This document shows positions 62,020-64,000 of a stretch of DNA of 64,000 nt, one piece after another (within the stretch, counting starts at the first letter, position 1; each line of letters opens with the position of its first letter). The translations under genes and the position numbers were made by a program. The DNA is from Octopus sinensis. Taxonomy: Eukaryota. Under the pieces are notes generated by a model, which was not told where the DNA came from, searched no databases, and saw only the letters and a program-made list of their open reading frames with translations. The stretch is from positions 31,310,001 through 31,374,000 of the forward strand of contig NC_043001.1 in the NCBI RefSeq assembly GCF_006345805.1, given 5' to 3'.

Positions 62020-63035
62020 TGGTCATCATGCTTTTTTGGAGGTCGTGTTTTTTTCGATTCGAGCGATGCAATGGCAGTCGAATGGGTGAGTTGCTGCTGG
62101 CAGTATTTAAGTTGGTTGGTTTTCTTGTTAATTCTTTTTATTTTTCTGATAATTGCTCTTCTATTTCTAGGGATTCTGATTTGTATACTGATCTTAATGG
62201 AGTATGTTTTGTGCATATATGTGTCACCGTATCTATAAATGTCTGCCATTATGAGTTTATGTTGGTGGGGGTGTAGTGCTTGCGAGAAGGCCTAATCAAT
62301 TTGTGAAAGATCATGATTGATCGCATCCCAGTCTGCATTATGAAGATCCATAGTGTCAAATGGATGGGATGGAGAGATGTCACTGGATTTGATCTTTGGG
62401 TGGTAGAATCTCAGATCGCAGAGAACCATGTCATAGTCTGAGAGTAGTGGTGTTTTTTCCACTGCAATATCGTGGATAGTGTCAGTGTGGTTACTGAACA
62501 CTAGGTCCAAGGTGTTTTTATGACACCTTGTTGGTTCGAGAACAAACTGTGTCAGGCAAAACTCATCCATGAAATCAAAAAGCAATTCTACTGCTTCCTT
62601 ATCAGGGGTTGAGGTGGAAAAACTTGGTTTCAAGCTGTTTATGGACCAGTCAACACTGGGAAGGTTGGAGTCCCCCATCATTAATATGTTGTCAGCATAT
62701 GATGGCTGATGGCTAAAACACTTGATACTTTTGAGGCATTCCTTGAAGCGTATTAAAGGAGTTAGGAGTGGCCCATAGAGTCCAGCTACTATTAAATTGT
62801 TGGTTTTACTATACACATAAGCTGCTTCACAGTAGCCGTTGGTAAATACGTCCATTGCTTCAACCGAAAATGAATCGTGCACGAAAATGGCGGTCCCACC
62901 CTTTCTTCTGCCGACACGATCTGCACGGATGGCTGCAAAATTCTTCACTCTCACCTCACCTTCCAAGTGGAGGTTATTGAGATGGGTCTGTGTGAGGTCG
63001 AAAAAAGCGTTATGGTGTAGATGGTGGTCATAAAC
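62020..63035 (-). mobile_element. CR1-type LINE ORF2 remnant (AP endonuclease plus part of linker)
   Basis: ORF 62292-62966 reads IRADRVGRRKGGTAIFV..LIVAGLY.P..ILMMGDSNLPSVDW..LTQFVLEPTR..NTLDLVFSN..LSDYDMV; upstream LTQTHL; downstream IPRNRRAIIRKIKRINK. Confidence 0.9.
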
Positions 63036-63557
63036 ACAGTCCTCAATAAATTAGATCTTTCAATTTTGGGGCTTTGGCGGAAGGGCTGATACCGTGTGCC
63101 TTGAGGAAAATGTTGAGGCGATGGGGGTGACTGATTTTGACTATAATATATATATGTGTGTGTGTGTGAGAGAGAGAGAAAAGGTTGAGTTCTATTACAT
63201 CCTTTACTTTGTGGGGGTGGGGTTCCAAAGATCGATATCTAATGAAGATTCTTCATATTTCATTGGTAGCTTACTGTTATAAGAATTTTGCGAATATGAA
63301 AATGCTACAAGTATAAGGTGTGTTATGAGGATTTTTAGAACAAATATGCTATTGAAACTCAAAAAATTGTTAAAGATGGAGAAGAGAGGATGTTAAATGC
63401 TTCAAGCTTTTAACATCTCTTCTCCATCTTTAACAGCTTGGTGAGTTTCTATAGGATGTTCGTTCTATAAATTCTCATAACACACCTTATAATATATATA
63501 TATATATATATATATCTATATATATATACATATATATATATATATGTGTGTGTGGTG

Positions 63558-63589
<32 letters not shown>

Positions 63590-63811
63590 ATATGTATATA
63601 TATAATATAATATATATATATATATTTGTGTGTATGTATGTTATATATTATATATATTATATATATATATATATATATTGTGTGTGGTGTATGTATATTC
63701 ATATATATATATATGTATATATATATATATGTGTGTATATATATATATACATATATAGATATATATGTTTATATTACATATCTATGCATATATATATGCA
63801 CACATACCCAG

Positions 63812-63842
<31 letters not shown>

Positions 63843-64000
63843 GTGTGTGTGTGTGTGTAGATATCTTCTTTTGTAGTTTCAACTCATGGTGGAACACCGT
63901 TTTGCTACACTGCTATTACTGAGAGCCTCCTCTTATATGTGGCACTTGGTGAAGAATGGAGTTTGATGTAGCTACCCTCATTTGCACCTCTTGCCGTGAG

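Overview
AT-rich eukaryotic DNA saturated with microsatellites and transposable elements. I recognise the repeat families as most like those of an octopod cephalopod (Octopus); this is recall, not a database result. No intact host protein-coding gene is supportable, and nearly all listed ORFs are translated microsatellites or SINEs. The window holds two very abundant tRNA-derived SINE families (A and B) plus rarer SINEs, three CR1-type LINE fragments, Penelope-like element (PLE) remnants (one RT, one GIY-YIG endonuclease), two Tc1/mariner transposase remnants, four non-autonomous Helitrons, several MITE-like elements and a decayed 5S rRNA copy. The main unannotated signal is a set of type I hammerhead ribozyme motifs in short PLE-like repeats. 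Four have a complete core (44802-44892 +, 45125-45172 -, 56175-56260 -, 61683-61763 +). Three of these have an unusually long stem II, and all four have a self-complementary stem III. Several more are degenerate. Other notable structures: a perfect 80-bp palindrome at a LINE tail, a 189-bp fold-back, a 1.1-kb element with GG-terminal TIRs and an 8-bp TSD, a 120-bp target-like duplication, a 5S-SINE juxtaposition and concentric inverted SINE pairs.
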